Shown here in pieces: positions 51,421 through 64,000 of a stretch of DNA of 64,000 nucleotides (its first letter is position 1; the number at the start of each line of letters is the position of its first letter). The position numbers and the translations under genes were made by a program. The notes beneath the pieces are model-generated. The model did no database searches. It worked only from the letters and a program-made list of their open reading frames with translations, and had not been told where the DNA came from. The DNA is from Rhodosorus marinus CCMP1338 (lineage: Eukaryota > Plantae > Rhodophyta): NCBI GenBank assembly GCA_029953675.1, contig JAMWBK010000006.1:372001-436000 (forward strand), given 5' to 3'.

Positions 51421-51460
51421 GATGGGATGGGATGGGATGGGATGGGATGGGATGGGATGG
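51421..51460. repeat. (GATGG)8 pentanucleotide microsatellite with G-quadruplex potential
   Basis: Eight perfect GATGG units give seven GGG runs separated by AT. Confidence 0.92.
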
Positions 51461-52867
51461 TTTGGTTATAGACAAGTGAGCTTTTTAGGTTGCTGTGGCT
51501 TTTAGGCCGTTTGGGATTCTTTACTATCCAAGCAGTTTGGGTCGGGGTTGTTGGTGTTGTTGGGAAAGCCTGGACAAAGTGCTTAGTGAATTCGGGATTT
51601 GGTGCGTTTTTGTCCACGACGGACAAGTGTTTCCTCAGACTGCCAGTCAGTAGACAGCCATTTTTTTGGTCCTCAACCGAAGAACTCTCTGCAGGCCATT
51701 GTGATCCTCAACCTAAACCAGCTTTCAGTGGATGTTGCTTTTGGCCGCTTTTTCAAGTTGAGATACCCGAGCACCGGAGGGAGAACTTATATTTTTCTTG
51801 TACTTTCCGCGTATCTGCATCCTCACAGCCTCGTCGGGTTTGGATGTATCTATTTCTTGTAAGGTAGAGCGATTTGGTCCCCAACTTTTCACAACGACAT
51901 GCAATGCGCATTTGTGGTCGCAGACTACTGCATACGAACAAATCTACACCGAGTATCAGTCTCAGGTCTCTATACAACTGCCAGAAGAGCAGAGCAAGCA
52001 GGAGGAGCTCATCGTCTCCACATATCTGACCGACGTCGCCATAAGAAACGGAAGAAAAATATCTCCCGGATGCTTTCCCCCATCATCCTCCTGACATGTA
52101 GAGAAGGCACAGACAACCATCGTCGTCAACACCAAAACAAATGCTCTAATCCCGCAACGGCTTCGGCTTTTGCTTTTGCCAAAAGTCAAAGTACTCCGAA
52201 ATCCTTGCCCAGCTCCCCCTATTAAATATCTCCGCCTATCTTCTTCCCCCCTTTCCAAGCTCATAAAACACAGAAAGTCATCGTCCTCCATGCCGAAACT
52301 CGTCGATACTGCATTACATTATTAATCTCAAGCTTCCGACGGAAAAAGAAATATCTCAGTGCACAGATATTTGTTTCGTTATTCAACATCAATTTATTTT
52401 TTTTATGGTCGAAAAATGGACGGTATTGTTTGTTTCAATGGATGATGGTTTCAGATGCTCGAAATTTGTTCGCTGATATTGAGAAAAACGGGCATGATTA
52501 ACATTAGATGGCAAGGAAGGATTCATTTCCTCTTCCTTTTCTCTTTGTTTTTTCTTCAACAAAAGCGAAGTTGAGCCATGTCAATCGACTCTGGACTGTC
52601 AATGTTAATTCTGTTTGGGACGTTCGGTCTAGCCAGGAGAGAGGATGTAAGTTTATATAAGCGCAAGTTTTGCTGTCCGTGGGGGAGAGGGAATGCAATG
52701 GACATGGTGAAAGAACAGCCTGGAACGACTATGGATGTCCTTGCCCATGTCTATACTGTAGTTGGTCCATTGGACTTTCACGTTGACGCTTTGCAAATTC
52801 TTCATGTACTATAAGTAAACCCCACTTGCCATTTCGCTTGCTGCAATGCATGTCGGGGGAGCGAGGT

Positions 52868-54044
52868 TTACAAGTTGTTCTCTACAAGAAACTCCGTCAG
52901 CGCGGCATTAAAAGCCTCAGGAGCCTCATCGTGAGGACAATGTCCCGCATCTAAATAATTTGCCTGTGTGGAGTAGTGGATGGTCAATGAATAGAAACCT
53001 TTTGTTTTCTCGGAGTGTGCTGGACCGCTCTATGGCTATGTTGCTGCTTGAGTGATGTTCTCACCTCTATTCTTGGTAAGATGTTGCATAGATCTTCCGC
53101 GACTTCTCTCTTGCACCAAGGATCATTCTTCCCCCATATCAGACTCACCGGCATAGTCTCAGGGACTTTCTGTAGCAAAGTATCTCTCCCAGGCCCGGGG
53201 GTAACTCGTACTGTAGAGCGAAAGAACACGTCAAAAGCCCCTTTCGTATAGGCCGGTTCCAAAATCAGTTTGACGAGATCATCATCAACATTGGACTGGT
53301 TGTTCGTGTAGACGGCGTTGAGAACCGATTTGACTCGAGGACCAGTACGCAGCAAAAGGAATCCACCATAGGCCATCACACGGCTGAAGAAACCCGTTCC
53401 TCGCTTCTTCTCCTTGTATGCCTCGAGATCAGCCTCCTTCGGTCCCGCAGCATTGACCAGGCTCACTGCTTGCACCTGCTCAGGGAAGTTCGCCGCAGCA
53501 AAAAGGCAAGCGTAACCTCCAAGGCTGTTGCCGACTATGACGCTTGGCCTGGTGAACGAAAACACTGTTAGCGAGATGAAATCCATGCGCGGGGATCGTC
53601 ATTGGCAAGTTTGGGTATTTACCTTCCCACAACTTCATCGATGAACTCTGCGACTTGAGCTCCCCATAATCTGACACCATAGTCATCGAAACCTGACGGA
53701 TCACTAGGCTTCTCGCTCCTACCAAAGCCCAGCAGGTCAATCGCATAGACAGGCCTTAAACCGGCACTTGACGCTAATTCCGGGACGTTAAACCTCCAAT
53801 GTTCAGCGCTGGCCCCAAACCCGTGCACAAAAACCAGCGGCGTGCCCTCTCCGTCCTCATTCACGACGCAGTACTTCACGTTGTGCCCGCGCCAGTCAGT
53901 ATCTCTTCCCGCACGCCAAGCCGGGTTCACGCTGATCACAGTACCAGCAGCCTCCTTCACCACCGGTGTTGAGCTCATTCGATAACGGCTTTGCCGCGAC
54001 GAGAGCCTCTGTTGAGACCCAAGTATAGATACAACGAACGCCAT
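52868..54044 (-). CDS. Putative plastid-targeted alpha/beta-fold hydrolase (pheophytinase-like family)
   Basis: MAFV transit-like start, LVFVHGFGASAEHWR, VYAIDLLGFGRSEKP, VGNSLGG nucleophile elbow, WGKNDPW, DAGHCPHDEAPE. Two introns. Confidence 0.9.
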
Positions 54045-55360
54045 ACTTCAAAAAACAGCCCCAGGAAAAACTCCACCAAAAATAAAAAGTAAACAGCGAC
54101 GCTAAAGCTCAAAACTGCTGGACTCGTCTACAACACAAACACACACTCGCTGGCAGATGAGGGGAAAATTTTGCAGGCCCGGGCTTTATGTAGTTGCTCA
54201 GACCCTATCGTTTCCTTGTCAAACACCCTCATCCAACCTCTCCCAACCACTTGCGAAAACCCATCGACCACATGTACTTCATATAGAAACCGGTGGAAAA
54301 AAACTCCATTGAATAAATTCTCACTTTTACGCACCATCGCCAGTTCTGAAAAAACCAGTGGACGTCGAACGCCAAATCGTCAATCAACACAATCCGAGTG
54401 TCGCACGTCAAAACCCAATAGGACAACTGAGACAGTGCCTGAAATTTTCAAAGTGTTCAATTTTTATTCCATTACTACTTCCACAGGTTCAGTATTGTAA
54501 TATTTTTACAAATTACGAAGCTGACCCGGAATATAATTGTGTTTTGGTAATATTTAGTCGTGTTTGAAGTCAGTAGTCGGATCGTACTGAATAAATATTT
54601 AAGTAATTTATTGTGCATATTCTCTTAAATTTAAATAATTCACGTTTATGTGAGCAATAGCAGGTCGTTTTAATTATGTTTTTCTAAAATATATTAATTG
54701 ATCCAATATTCGTTGTTAAAAATTTTGTTTTTTGAAGAGTTGAGGGGGGGATGTCATGCGTGCGCTGCTTTTCCGAGAGCACACTGGAGGCGGCAATAGA
54801 TCTCATACTGAAGCTAGCGTCACCCTTAGTTGAGTGCTTTCCTAACGGAGCCTCTGGTTAGGAGTTTAAGATACGTTAAGGATCACAACAGATCACTACC
54901 AGAGCTTGGGCATCCGGTTGTCAAACCAAATCTCAGGCTGTGGCGGTGAACTTTAGCCTAGTCAGAAGCTTTTGCATCTATTGCAGCCATTTGATATCTT
55001 CGCCTATTGCAACAAGTTCTGCCTCCGCCGTAAATGTCGTGACAGTTCTTTCCTTGCTACACGCATAACATACAAGACCATAATAAAAGAAACTTTTTGC
55101 GATTCCCAGCTAGCGAACATCCACACGACAAGTCTCAGGAATTATTCACCACCTGTCACCTTCCGAAAAGTAGAGCCAAAGTCATTGCAAACTCCGCAGT
55201 CCAGGTCCTCCATTGGTTGCAACCTAGTCTACTATGATCTGGGAAGCAACCCGCGTGGACCAGCAATAACCTATGCCTTCGACGCTTACTGAGCTCCTGA
55301 CGTGAGTCCGCGGCAACAGTGATGCTTCGGAGAGAACCAAGACTTGCTCTATCTAGCACT

Positions 55361-55873
55361 CTACAGGCCGAGAATATAAATTACACCAGGACAGTGGGGT
55401 TGATGAGAGCTTTTAAGTTCCCCAGAATCGAACCCCCGTCTATACAAGGATTTATGACTCCACCAAGGTCTACCACGCCAATGAAGCTGACTTGGTAGCC
55501 ATGAACTTCGCTGCCTGGAATTTGGCACAGTCGGAAGTTGATTAGTTGGTTTCTCCATACTTTGATAACCCTCTACCGGTGCCATCTTCAGCATTATGCC
55601 TGTGAAGAACCTGATGGTATCGGCCTCATACCAAGCTTTCTTGTCTATGTGCTGAAGCCCAGAGTCCTTGTCGAACCTGGCGGACAGCTGCCATCGAGGG
55701 GGCACTTCCAACGGACATAGGACGAGCGAAGTATTCGAAGATCGTCTCTCAACACAAAACTCTCCTGACTCAGAAACGCTTGCCACAAGCATCATCCCGT
55801 TTATTCCACGGTCACAATCGGTGGAGAACTTTGAAACCTGTCGACCAGTGCAGGTCTCTCGTCGTGAATCCAT
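55361..55873 (-). mobile_element. Possible degenerate piggyBac-like transposase fragment
   Basis: WYEADTIRFFTGIMLKMAPVEGY..PTVPNSRQR..SQLHW resembles the PGBD N-terminal blocks (W..EI..F.GI...M...Y; P.V...SR.RF..I...LH). No DDD core, TIRs or TTAA target-site duplication was found. Confidence 0.3.
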
Positions 55874-56089
55874 CAGTATTGTTCCTGCCAGATTGGATCT
55901 TCGGAAATTGGACCTAGGCAGTATTTGTTGAGCCAGACCTTCATTAGCTTAACTACGTCGGAGATAATACTTGTTCTCCATCGTGGCCGGTAGATCCTAC
56001 GGCATCGGCATACTCTAAATGCGCTAAGGCAGAGAACCTGCCTTGTGTGAACTCATCTAGATTAGCTCCGGTAAAAAGACGATTGTCCG

Positions 56090-56665
56090 CGTTGGACTCG
56101 ACTGAATCATGGAGCACGTCTTGTGAACATCCAGCTGGTAGGGGTGCCCATCGCAGCTCCGGAGCGGGTCAAGTGCATCACCGCATTCACACAGAAAAAA
56201 CAAAACTCATTCCTGTCTGGATCCTTCATGGAGTCTAGAATCGAACGCATCTTCCACAAGATTTCAGTACGAAGAGTTGATGATTGTCTTCTTTGGTAGT
56301 CGATTGAATCAGATGGACTCGTGTATATCTCTCCAGCCAGGTAGGGTTTGATGAGGGGTCCCAAGTAGAAGCGAGTCAACTGGATCAACGCATTCACCCA
56401 AGTTCACGCCCGAATTTCTTTCCGGAGTCTTTAAGATCAAACTCATCTTCCGCAAAATTCCGGCACAAGAACCTGTGCACAGAGCTTTTTGTCTTCGTTG
56501 GGGAGTCGATTGATTCAGCCAGGTGGCAAGCGGTTCCTATCCCAACTCCGAGTGGAAGTGGGTCCGGTGAATCAACGCATTCAAACAGAAAGAGTTTCCT
56601 ACCTAGAGTTCTTTATGGGGTCTAGAATCGAACTCAGGCTTCAACAAGATTTCCGTACAAAGGTT
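56090..56665. repeat. Three diverged ~195-205-bp tandem units
   Basis: The blocks tcga[ct]tga[at]tca, atca[ac]cgcattca and gg[ag]gtct..atc[ag]aac..caa[ga]att recur in the same order, starting near 56095, 56298 and 56503. Confidence 0.75.
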
Positions 56666-57643
56666 TGTCCTCATTCTGCTTTCACGCTGATGAGGTGGCG
56701 TAAACTGAGATTCGATTTTGTCAGTAGAAGCGAAGGAAAGGGAATCCAAAGCAATCAAGCAGGGCAACAAAAAAAAAAAAATTCCTGATTGCGAAGAGAT
56801 CGAAGATTCATACTCTTCATTAGCATAACAGAGTGTTTCTCCTCAGATTCTTCAAGGGAGGAGAGCGGTAACAGCTTATCGACTGAGGATTAACTAGAAC
56901 GGGCACGGCGGTAGAAGTAGGGATTAAGAAGCGAACTCATCTTCATTCAGTTTCCGGTAATACAAAACGTATCGACTTCAAAATAGGTTGACGATTGGAC
57001 TGACTGGAGTAGTCGTATGAAGAAGGCGGACGTAGAGTACTCTTGAGCATCTCACATTCTGACTAGAGGTCTGCTAAAGTTGATCTCTCTCTTCGGACAT
57101 CAGCGGTGCTTTGCAGGGAAGGGTTTTAAAGAAGCTGGGGAGGGAAGATCCGATTTCGTAGAAACAGCTGAGAGGAGATAAAAAGGTAATTGGTCCGTCC
57201 TGAAGAAGACAAAGAGTGGAAGAGTGGGAGAGGCTTGTGCTCCTGCACGAGTAGGGGTAGGGTGTGTGTTTGTGGCTTAGATCTTGTAGGATGGGAAAGA
57301 ATTGATCCTTTTGCGGGTTTTGAAACTGTGCGGATCAACGCTTTTGCTCCTGGATGTTTTGAAGCCGTTAAGTGACAGGTTTTCTTTGGTCGAGAGGAAA
57401 TCGGTAGCTTCAACTGGGCTGTTAGTTTGGGTGCGCGGGTACGGCTTGGAGATAAAGAGCATGATCAAGATGCTAGTTGGTTGGAGAGGGAGATTTGCTG
57501 TTGCCTCTATGAACTGGCTGTGAAAATTTTGAATGTTCTGGAAGCCGGTAAGGGCTCTGTTCTGAATTTGAACGAGAACGTCGAAGGTTGTTTCCAGAAG
57601 ATCAGGAAGAGGAGCAGCTTCTCAGTGTTAAGAGCCTTTCTCC

Positions 57644-60600
57644 ATGGGTTATTTTGCTCATGGATGGGAGAAGAAGTATCGAACTGGAGGGAAAGGTGAC
57701 GACGAGGGGGTAATTTGGTTAACTAAAGATTATCAAGGGCGATGGATCTGTGTTGTGAAGCGGTTTTCTGTGTCTATCTGGTCGGCTGGAATTCACAGGG
57801 TGATTTTAGGCTGCAAGAGATTTGCTGCAGAGCTTGACGAGGGAGATGAACTGGTTGGCGCTGGATTCGATGAAAAGGGAGGCTGTTTGCTAGTCGTAAG
57901 TGCGAACGGACGCCTCTTTTCGCTGGTTGTGGACACGTTTGGGAATGGGAGATCTTTAGTCGACTGGGGAAACTACGAGAATGGAGCGAGCCTGGAAGAG
58001 GTAGAGCCTCTGCATGGACTAAGGCTGGATCTCAAGACGAAGAGTTACCTGGAAGAGGTTAATGTGAGCGCCGTGGCATGCTCACGGAATGGACTGTTCC
58101 TCGGTCGCTCGGATGGAGCAGTCTCCCTCACCTCCTTCGACACCACCGTCTCTTATCAATTCGACCTTGCCGGACTGCTAACTGAAGGAGACAACCTGAA
58201 AAAGATCGGGGCATATCTCCACAGAGGAAACCCTAAAGAAGTTTTGTATCTGAACAAACAAATTGAAAACCTTGCATTCTGCGGAGCCCGCCAGCTTCTC
58301 GCCTTAGTTACAGCCAGCGGCGTTGCAGTATTGCTTCCAACTCAACTCGATAGAATTCCTGAGCCGGTGAGTATCGATAGGAATCTACAAGAAGACCTGC
58401 CGTTCGTGTCAAGAGCTGCATGCTTACCAGATAAATTTTCTGCGGGTTTATCTTTGCATCGATTTAGAAGGACGGATGGTGGCTAAGGACTGAACTCGCA
58501 GTATCCGTAGCTTTGGATTCTGTGCGGGGAACGATTGCGCTAGGCCTTGCGGATGGAGATATAGAGCTTTACTTGACCGGGTACTCACCTGGAGAAAGAG
58601 GCCAGCTGTTACGACGTTTAACATTGTCCAGTTGGTACTTTGTACCTGGTGAAGTCGGTCGAGTTACTCGAATGCAATGGAGTGATGACGGGGTGGCCCT
58701 TGCCGTCGGCTGGCAGAAACAAGGTCTTGTCGTGTGGTCTGTAACTGGGTGCAGGCTCGTTTGGACGCTACCACAAGTTGGATCTGCAGTGGCCTCTACG
58801 CCTACGGGCGGGCAGAAAAGCGCCAGAGGAGAAGTCCTTTCAGATGGCCTCAAGGAACTACTCTGGGGGCCCTTCGGGTGCGTAGTTTATCTGAGGAAAT
58901 ACCGATTTCTGCTTTCGATGAATGCGTTCTTTTTTGTGTTAACGAGGTCAGTTCTTTCTCCATGCGGCTCAAGGCTCTCGCTATGGGCGATTTCCCAACC
59001 GTATAAGGACAACATTCTGGTTGAGTACAAACTGGTGAAAAATGCGAGCCTGGGGAATCCGTTCCAGAATGAGGCCACTAGGCTCGTTCTGATTGGTAGT
59101 GATAAGCTTATGATGCTCGGATTGAATGAGGACGATGTGGAGGAACTGTTTGAGTGGCAGGATATACCGTTCCACAAGGACTATATTCAAACCAACTGGC
59201 CGGTGCAACTTGTTGCGGTGAACTCGGACCTGACATTCGTCGCTGTTGCTGGTCGACGGGGATTTGCAGTATTTCACGTAAGGTCCGGTAGATGGCGGCT
59301 GTTTGGCGATGTCAAGCAGGAAAGATCGATACAATGCTGTGGTCTCGCATGGGTGGGCAAGCTCGTAGTGGTTTGCTGCGAGGAAGAAGAGAGACCCGGT
59401 GAGTACGAGATGCTTTTGTTTCGACGTGATTTTCTGGATGAGGCTTCGATCGTCGCACAGACCGAACTACCAGCCAGGGTTGAATGCATTGACGTACAGC
59501 TAGATGGTCGTATACTGGTTCTTTGCGAGGAAGGACGTTTATTTATTTACAAAGCTGACTACGACAATTATAAGAGCGGCGAGGTTGAGTTGACTATCGA
59601 TATCCAGGTCAATCTGCAGGAGAGCTTCTCAAGGGAAATCCTGAGTATTCGATTGTTTCCTCCTCTGCTGGAGAATGCTGTTCAACTGAACGAAGAAAAG
59701 AGTGGCACGGAAGTGCTACTCCTAAAGCGTACTGGTCTCCTTCAGCTTCTCGACCTGGTATGCTCCTTCCAGGCGGGCTAGTCCTGCATTTCGTCGCTTT
59801 GGTTATTGCTCCCCAACCTCGTTGAAGGTCTCCGCTAACGAAGTTTTAATCTCGTATCATAGGGAAAGCTCCTTTCTTTTCCTCTCCTGAGAAACATTGA
59901 GACCATTTGGTTCACTAGCTCAACTGAGGTCCCTTTTGATCAGGAAGAGTTTCGACCGTTGATCTGGGCATATGGAGAACGGGGCCTCTTCGCGAGTTTC
60001 GACTTTGTAAACGACACGCCAAGAAAACTCGAGGCTGAGCGCTGGTTCGATTGGGACCCGGAAGTTTACCCGTTGGGCCTCACCGCCAGTCACGGTATGG
60101 TCTTGGGTGTAACACAGGGTTTGGCGATAAATGATGTCCCAGTTGACAGCCCGTTGGCATGCTCGTATCACACGGTCAAGGTTAAACGCCAACCTATACT
60201 CCACAGGTTCGTCTGGAAGAAAGCAGATTTATGCGCTTTGCTTGTGGTTCCGCAGAGCCCCCCCTGATCCGAGCTCTTGCTCCAGGTTGTTGAAACACGT
60301 GGTCATGACACACGAAGACAATCATGCGGCTCTTGAGCTGGCCTTGACTTGTGTAGACTTGCCGCAGTTCAGCGATTCGCTCGAGTGGCTTTTGTACGAG
60401 ACGGTCAAGGACCACGACCGGCAGGATTCAGCCGGCTCAGAATCGCGGGAGGTTTTGTTTGCTCAAGTCGTATCGCTCCTAAAAAACTTCGGAGAGTACG
60501 AGGACATCGTCGTTCGTTGTGCAAGAAAGATGGATGCCCACTGGTGGCCTTTGCTCTTTGACTACGCTGGAGAACCAGCTTCGTTGCTGGAGACGTGCTC

Positions 60601-61849
60601 GAGCATGAGCCGTCTCAGGACGGCCGCTTGTCTTCTTATAATCCTGCAAGAGATGTTTGGATACGCCACATCAACTCCATACGCGCTCAAACTCTTTCAA
60701 GCTTCTGTACGGCAAAAACTTTTAAAGCGGCAACTGGAGACCTGCATATAGCGCTATTGATCTGACTACTTGCTTCTCACCGTTTTCTGTGCTTTTCCTC
60801 ACGTTCGGTACCTGGATCTAGATGGAGTCTGGGCAGCTCGTTCTGGCTGCTGATTTGGCGAACTTTTTGCGAAAAGCTCGTGAGGCAAAAATGCTTAACG
60901 TTGCGTTCGTCAAACTCCCGAAAGGGGAGGAAAACCTTATGCACGATATTCGTGCTTTGTACCAAGGGCATGAAGATGATGAGCCACTGCCGATCATCTT
61001 TTCCACTGTGAACAAGAAGGTTCGTTACGATCGCCGATCGCAAAAAGCGGGCGATGGGAATCTACCAGAAGAACTTTTTCAAAGCAGAGTCGAGTTTAGA
61101 ATTCGTTCACGATTTTCCCGTGGAAAAAAGCCTTTGCTCACTTTCAACCCGCGTTCCTTCTTGCCGCAGGCGATTCAACTTTGGGCAGAAATGAACCTAC
61201 GATCACTCGGAGCCTTGGCGAGAGCAATGAACCTCCCGCTATCATTGTGGCTAACCAGAAATCGTGCTTGCGTCACGCAGGAGGAAAGTCCTGTTAAGAC
61301 GATCAATCTCCTGCACGAGCAGTTTTCGTGGCCAGTCCCAACGGGGGAGAAGGTGCGAATTGAACCGCCGGATGAAATCCATTCGAGCTTCTTGGTTTGG
61401 AGTTTGTTCAAATACCGACTCCGTGAATTGTCCTCTTTGCGCAGGTTGACAGGAAGATTGCAGCCTTTGAGAACGTTAGGAATGGTCGTGTTGATCGAGC
61501 CGACTCGGGCATCCAAAAATTCGTGGGAAGCACCTACAAAGCCGACAGCCGCCGCGAGGTAGTGTATTTGCAGAAGGTAAGGAGCGTTCTCACCCGTCTC
61601 GACTATCTGAAGTATTGTCCTCCCTAACCTGATGCTTTTTGGCCATAGGCTTTCTTGAAAGCCAGAGTCTACGAAATTGCACTCGCTCTGTCAATGGTGC
61701 TGCTGGACGTGGAGGCAGTCTTTGCGCTGCTGGTTTCCCATCCCAAACTGAAAGACCCGTTCCTGGATGAGTTGAAGTCCCACTCTGAGGGCTACGAAAA
61801 CCTCGCGGTCGTGCTTCGACAATGGCTGTTTGAGAGCGAGGCTGGGTAA
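57644..61849 (+). CDS. RIC1: RIC1 (RAB6/Ypt6 GEF complex subunit) paralog A, multi-exon
   Basis: MGYFAHGWEKK N-terminus, WD40 region (QWSDDGVALAVGW, YIQTNWPV..VAVAGRRGF..WRLFGD), RIC1 domain QPILHR|LLKH..LPQFSDSLEWLL..VVRCARKMDAHWWPLLF..GEP..RTAACLLIIL. Confidence 0.9.
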
Positions 61850-61970
61850 AGTGAACTTATAGACGCCTTTTTAACAATACAGATTCCGACAATAAGTCAT
61901 TTAATTGATACAGTTACACTCGTACTGTGGTTGCTCTTGTACAGAACCGATTAAACCTAACAACAGCATA

Positions 61971-64000
61971 CTATGAGCCTCGTGCTTCGGGAGCTTCTTC
62001 TGCTTCCGGTGGGTTCAAGTAGGTTGCCAATGTACCGTAAGGACGCGACCCTGAACTCTGCAAGAAGTCCAGTATCCCATCCTTCACCGCCGAGTTCCTT
62101 TTCATGACCTTCTCGGCTACAGCCAGGTTGAGGAGAAGCACTGCGCAGAGCGCAGCAATGTCATCCGCAGCTTCCCCAGCCAACAGCGCTGAGTTCATCA
62201 AATACTGGAGCTCAGCGGTGGTGACCTGCTTCGCCCTGTTCCGTATCCGACGACAAGCGCCTGGGGAGCTTCGTGCCCTTTCCATATGCATTGCAAAATT
62301 TACACCGACGTCGGAGCCTATTGAGGTCCTCACAATATCCTCCTGGCGCTCAGACTTGGACTTCAAGTCTGCGAGCACGTCAAAATCACCAGAGCTACTG
62401 GCCGCGTTGATGGCACCAAAAACCTGTTATGGACGGGGATCGGAGTGCACCGCAAAAAACAGTGTTGTCAGTCACTCAGATTAATGCTCAGCATGGGCGC
62501 TTCTTGCATTAGCATCGTTAACAACTCACCAATTCCCCGGTTGGCTCGTCCCAAATAAAGGAAACATGCATTTGGATCCCGACTAACTTGAAATCAGATA
62601 CCATCGGCCCCCTTTCTTTTGACAAGAATAGGGAAAGGGGAAAGTCCAGATAGAGGCATAGTGATGAAAGAGATCTGAAATTATCCGCCGCAAGTAAAAG
62701 GCGTGCCTTTCGGATCACGCTGGCGGTTATGGACGGATGCGCTCTGTTCATTGGACTGGCAGATACAATATAGTCATATGATCCAGCCCTACGCGGGGCC
62801 GGAGAATTGGACGCGGCTATTTCAGCGTTGTCAAGAAAATGCCTCAGATCAGACGCAAGATCGTAGCAGCCTTCTTCAATCTGATTCGTCAAAGTATGGA
62901 ACAGAAGCTTCAATGATCAGGTCGAGTATCAGCGGTAGCACGAAAATTACTGGGCGCTGGGATAGAGATGGTTGGGCTAGATATACTCACCACTCTGTCT
63001 AGCAGTCTCGCAATATGATGCAAGGAACTCAGAAGACCCCACATTTCTTGCAGGACGATCAGAAGACAGGCTGCGCTTCGAAACTGCTTTGACATATAGC
63101 ACATCTCAAGCAAAGCTGCGGGTTCACCGACTTCAGCGAACAGAAGTGGCCACTTCTTAGATTCCATTTTCCTCGCGCAACGAATCACAATATCCTCGTA
63201 TTCACCAAAATAATGTAGCAGTCGCAAGACGCGAGACCGGAATTCCCTCTGCACGAATACCAAAGTTAGACAGAACAGTGACGAATTAGCGTTCTCATCG
63301 ACAACGTGGGAACTACGAGTTCCAGAAATTCCCACCTTTTCGTACGTTCCACCACCTCTGCCGTTGCCGTTTTCCATGTCGTCGCTGACAGCTTCGAATA
63401 GTAGCCACTCAAGCGAATCCACGAACTGAGGTAGGTCAAGGCATTGGTAGGCAAACTTCAGAGCGTCTTTGTCGTCGGAAGTTCTTAGCAGATGACTCAA
63501 CACCCTGAAACAGACAAATATTTGGCAACGTGTGGGCTAAGCGAATTGGTATAAAAGATGAGCTCCCGGGATTCGAAGACATACCGATGGAAGAAAGGCT
63601 GGCCGCGGACGTCAATTGAGCAAAAAGGTACGACTACACCAGCACCCCCAACAACATCCGGTTCCACTTTCTGGGATATTCCAATCATCATTCCAGACCG
63701 CAGGCTAACACCGATCGGATACGCCTCAGGGTCGGGTTCAAACCATTTCTCAACAAAGCCTTCCGCACTTCGGCTCCTTGGATGTTGAGCATGCTCTTGA
63801 AGGAGCTCTTTGAATTCCGAGGCAAAGCATACTTTCACTCCATCGTCGCCCAAAGCCCAGAAAACCGGGCGCGTCTTGCTAGAATCAAAATGCACAGACT
63901 TAGAAGTATAATTGTTCGAGTACCAAAACTGCTCCACATTTCGAAGAAGGGGTACAGACATCATGCTCGACTTGCGGCAGATACAAAGGAGAAGAGCACA
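61971..64000 (-). CDS. RIC1: RIC1 paralog B (5' part outside the window), convergent with paralog A
   Basis: EKWFEPDPEAYPIG..QPFFHR|VLSHLL..LPQFVDSLEWLL..GEYEDIVIRCARKMESKKWPLLF..GEPAALLE..RSAACLLIVLQEM..YDLASDLRHFL. Confidence 0.88.

Noticed and set aside
51599-52291. Possible small minus-strand gene
   Set aside because: There are several competing frames and none has a recognisable domain or convincing splice structure.
55411-55500. tRNA-like element on the minus strand (B-box-like GGTTCGATTCT with an A-box-like TGGCGTGGTAG upstream)
   Set aside because: I could not form acceptor or anticodon stems by hand, and both boxes have mismatches. tRNAscan-SE would settle it.
1-64000. CRISPR arrays, rRNA, snRNA and prokaryotic operons; most short ORFs in the supplied track
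   Set aside because: No repeat-spacer structure or rRNA/snRNA signatures were seen. The DNA is intron-containing and eukaryotic, and most track ORFs use GTG/TTG starts or are antisense shadows of real exons.

Overview
Compact eukaryotic nuclear DNA with short GT-AG introns and M[AT]FV-type plastid transit peptides. It is probably a red alga, which is an inference from the sequence only. About 20 recognisable spliced genes, in order: ALG6 (partial), PPCDC, a Faf1/DUF4602-like protein, a FAF2-type UBX protein, MED14, a FUBP-like 4xKH protein, an SLC35C2-like transporter, PSMB3, KNL1/Spc7, THYN1 (EVE domain), MCTS1, nocturnin, a plastid-type riboflavin kinase, two Gfo/Idh/MocA oxidoreductases, eIF3d, a truncated endonuclease III-like protein, a SPRY protein, a plastid alpha/beta hydrolase and two RIC1 paralogs. 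Four things stand out. (1) A layered tandem-duplication history at 34.9-44.4 kb, with a recent 4.1-kb duplicate, an older deleted third copy and decayed pieces of the eIF3d 3' end. (2) A tail-to-tail pair of diverged RIC1 genes with shared intron positions. (3) An HhH-GPD protein lacking its catalytic half. (4) A KNL1 with non-MELT TxxIPxLxxL repeats. No rRNA, convincing tRNA or CRISPR array was seen. Gene identities come from motif recall, not database searches, and exon boundaries were read by eye.
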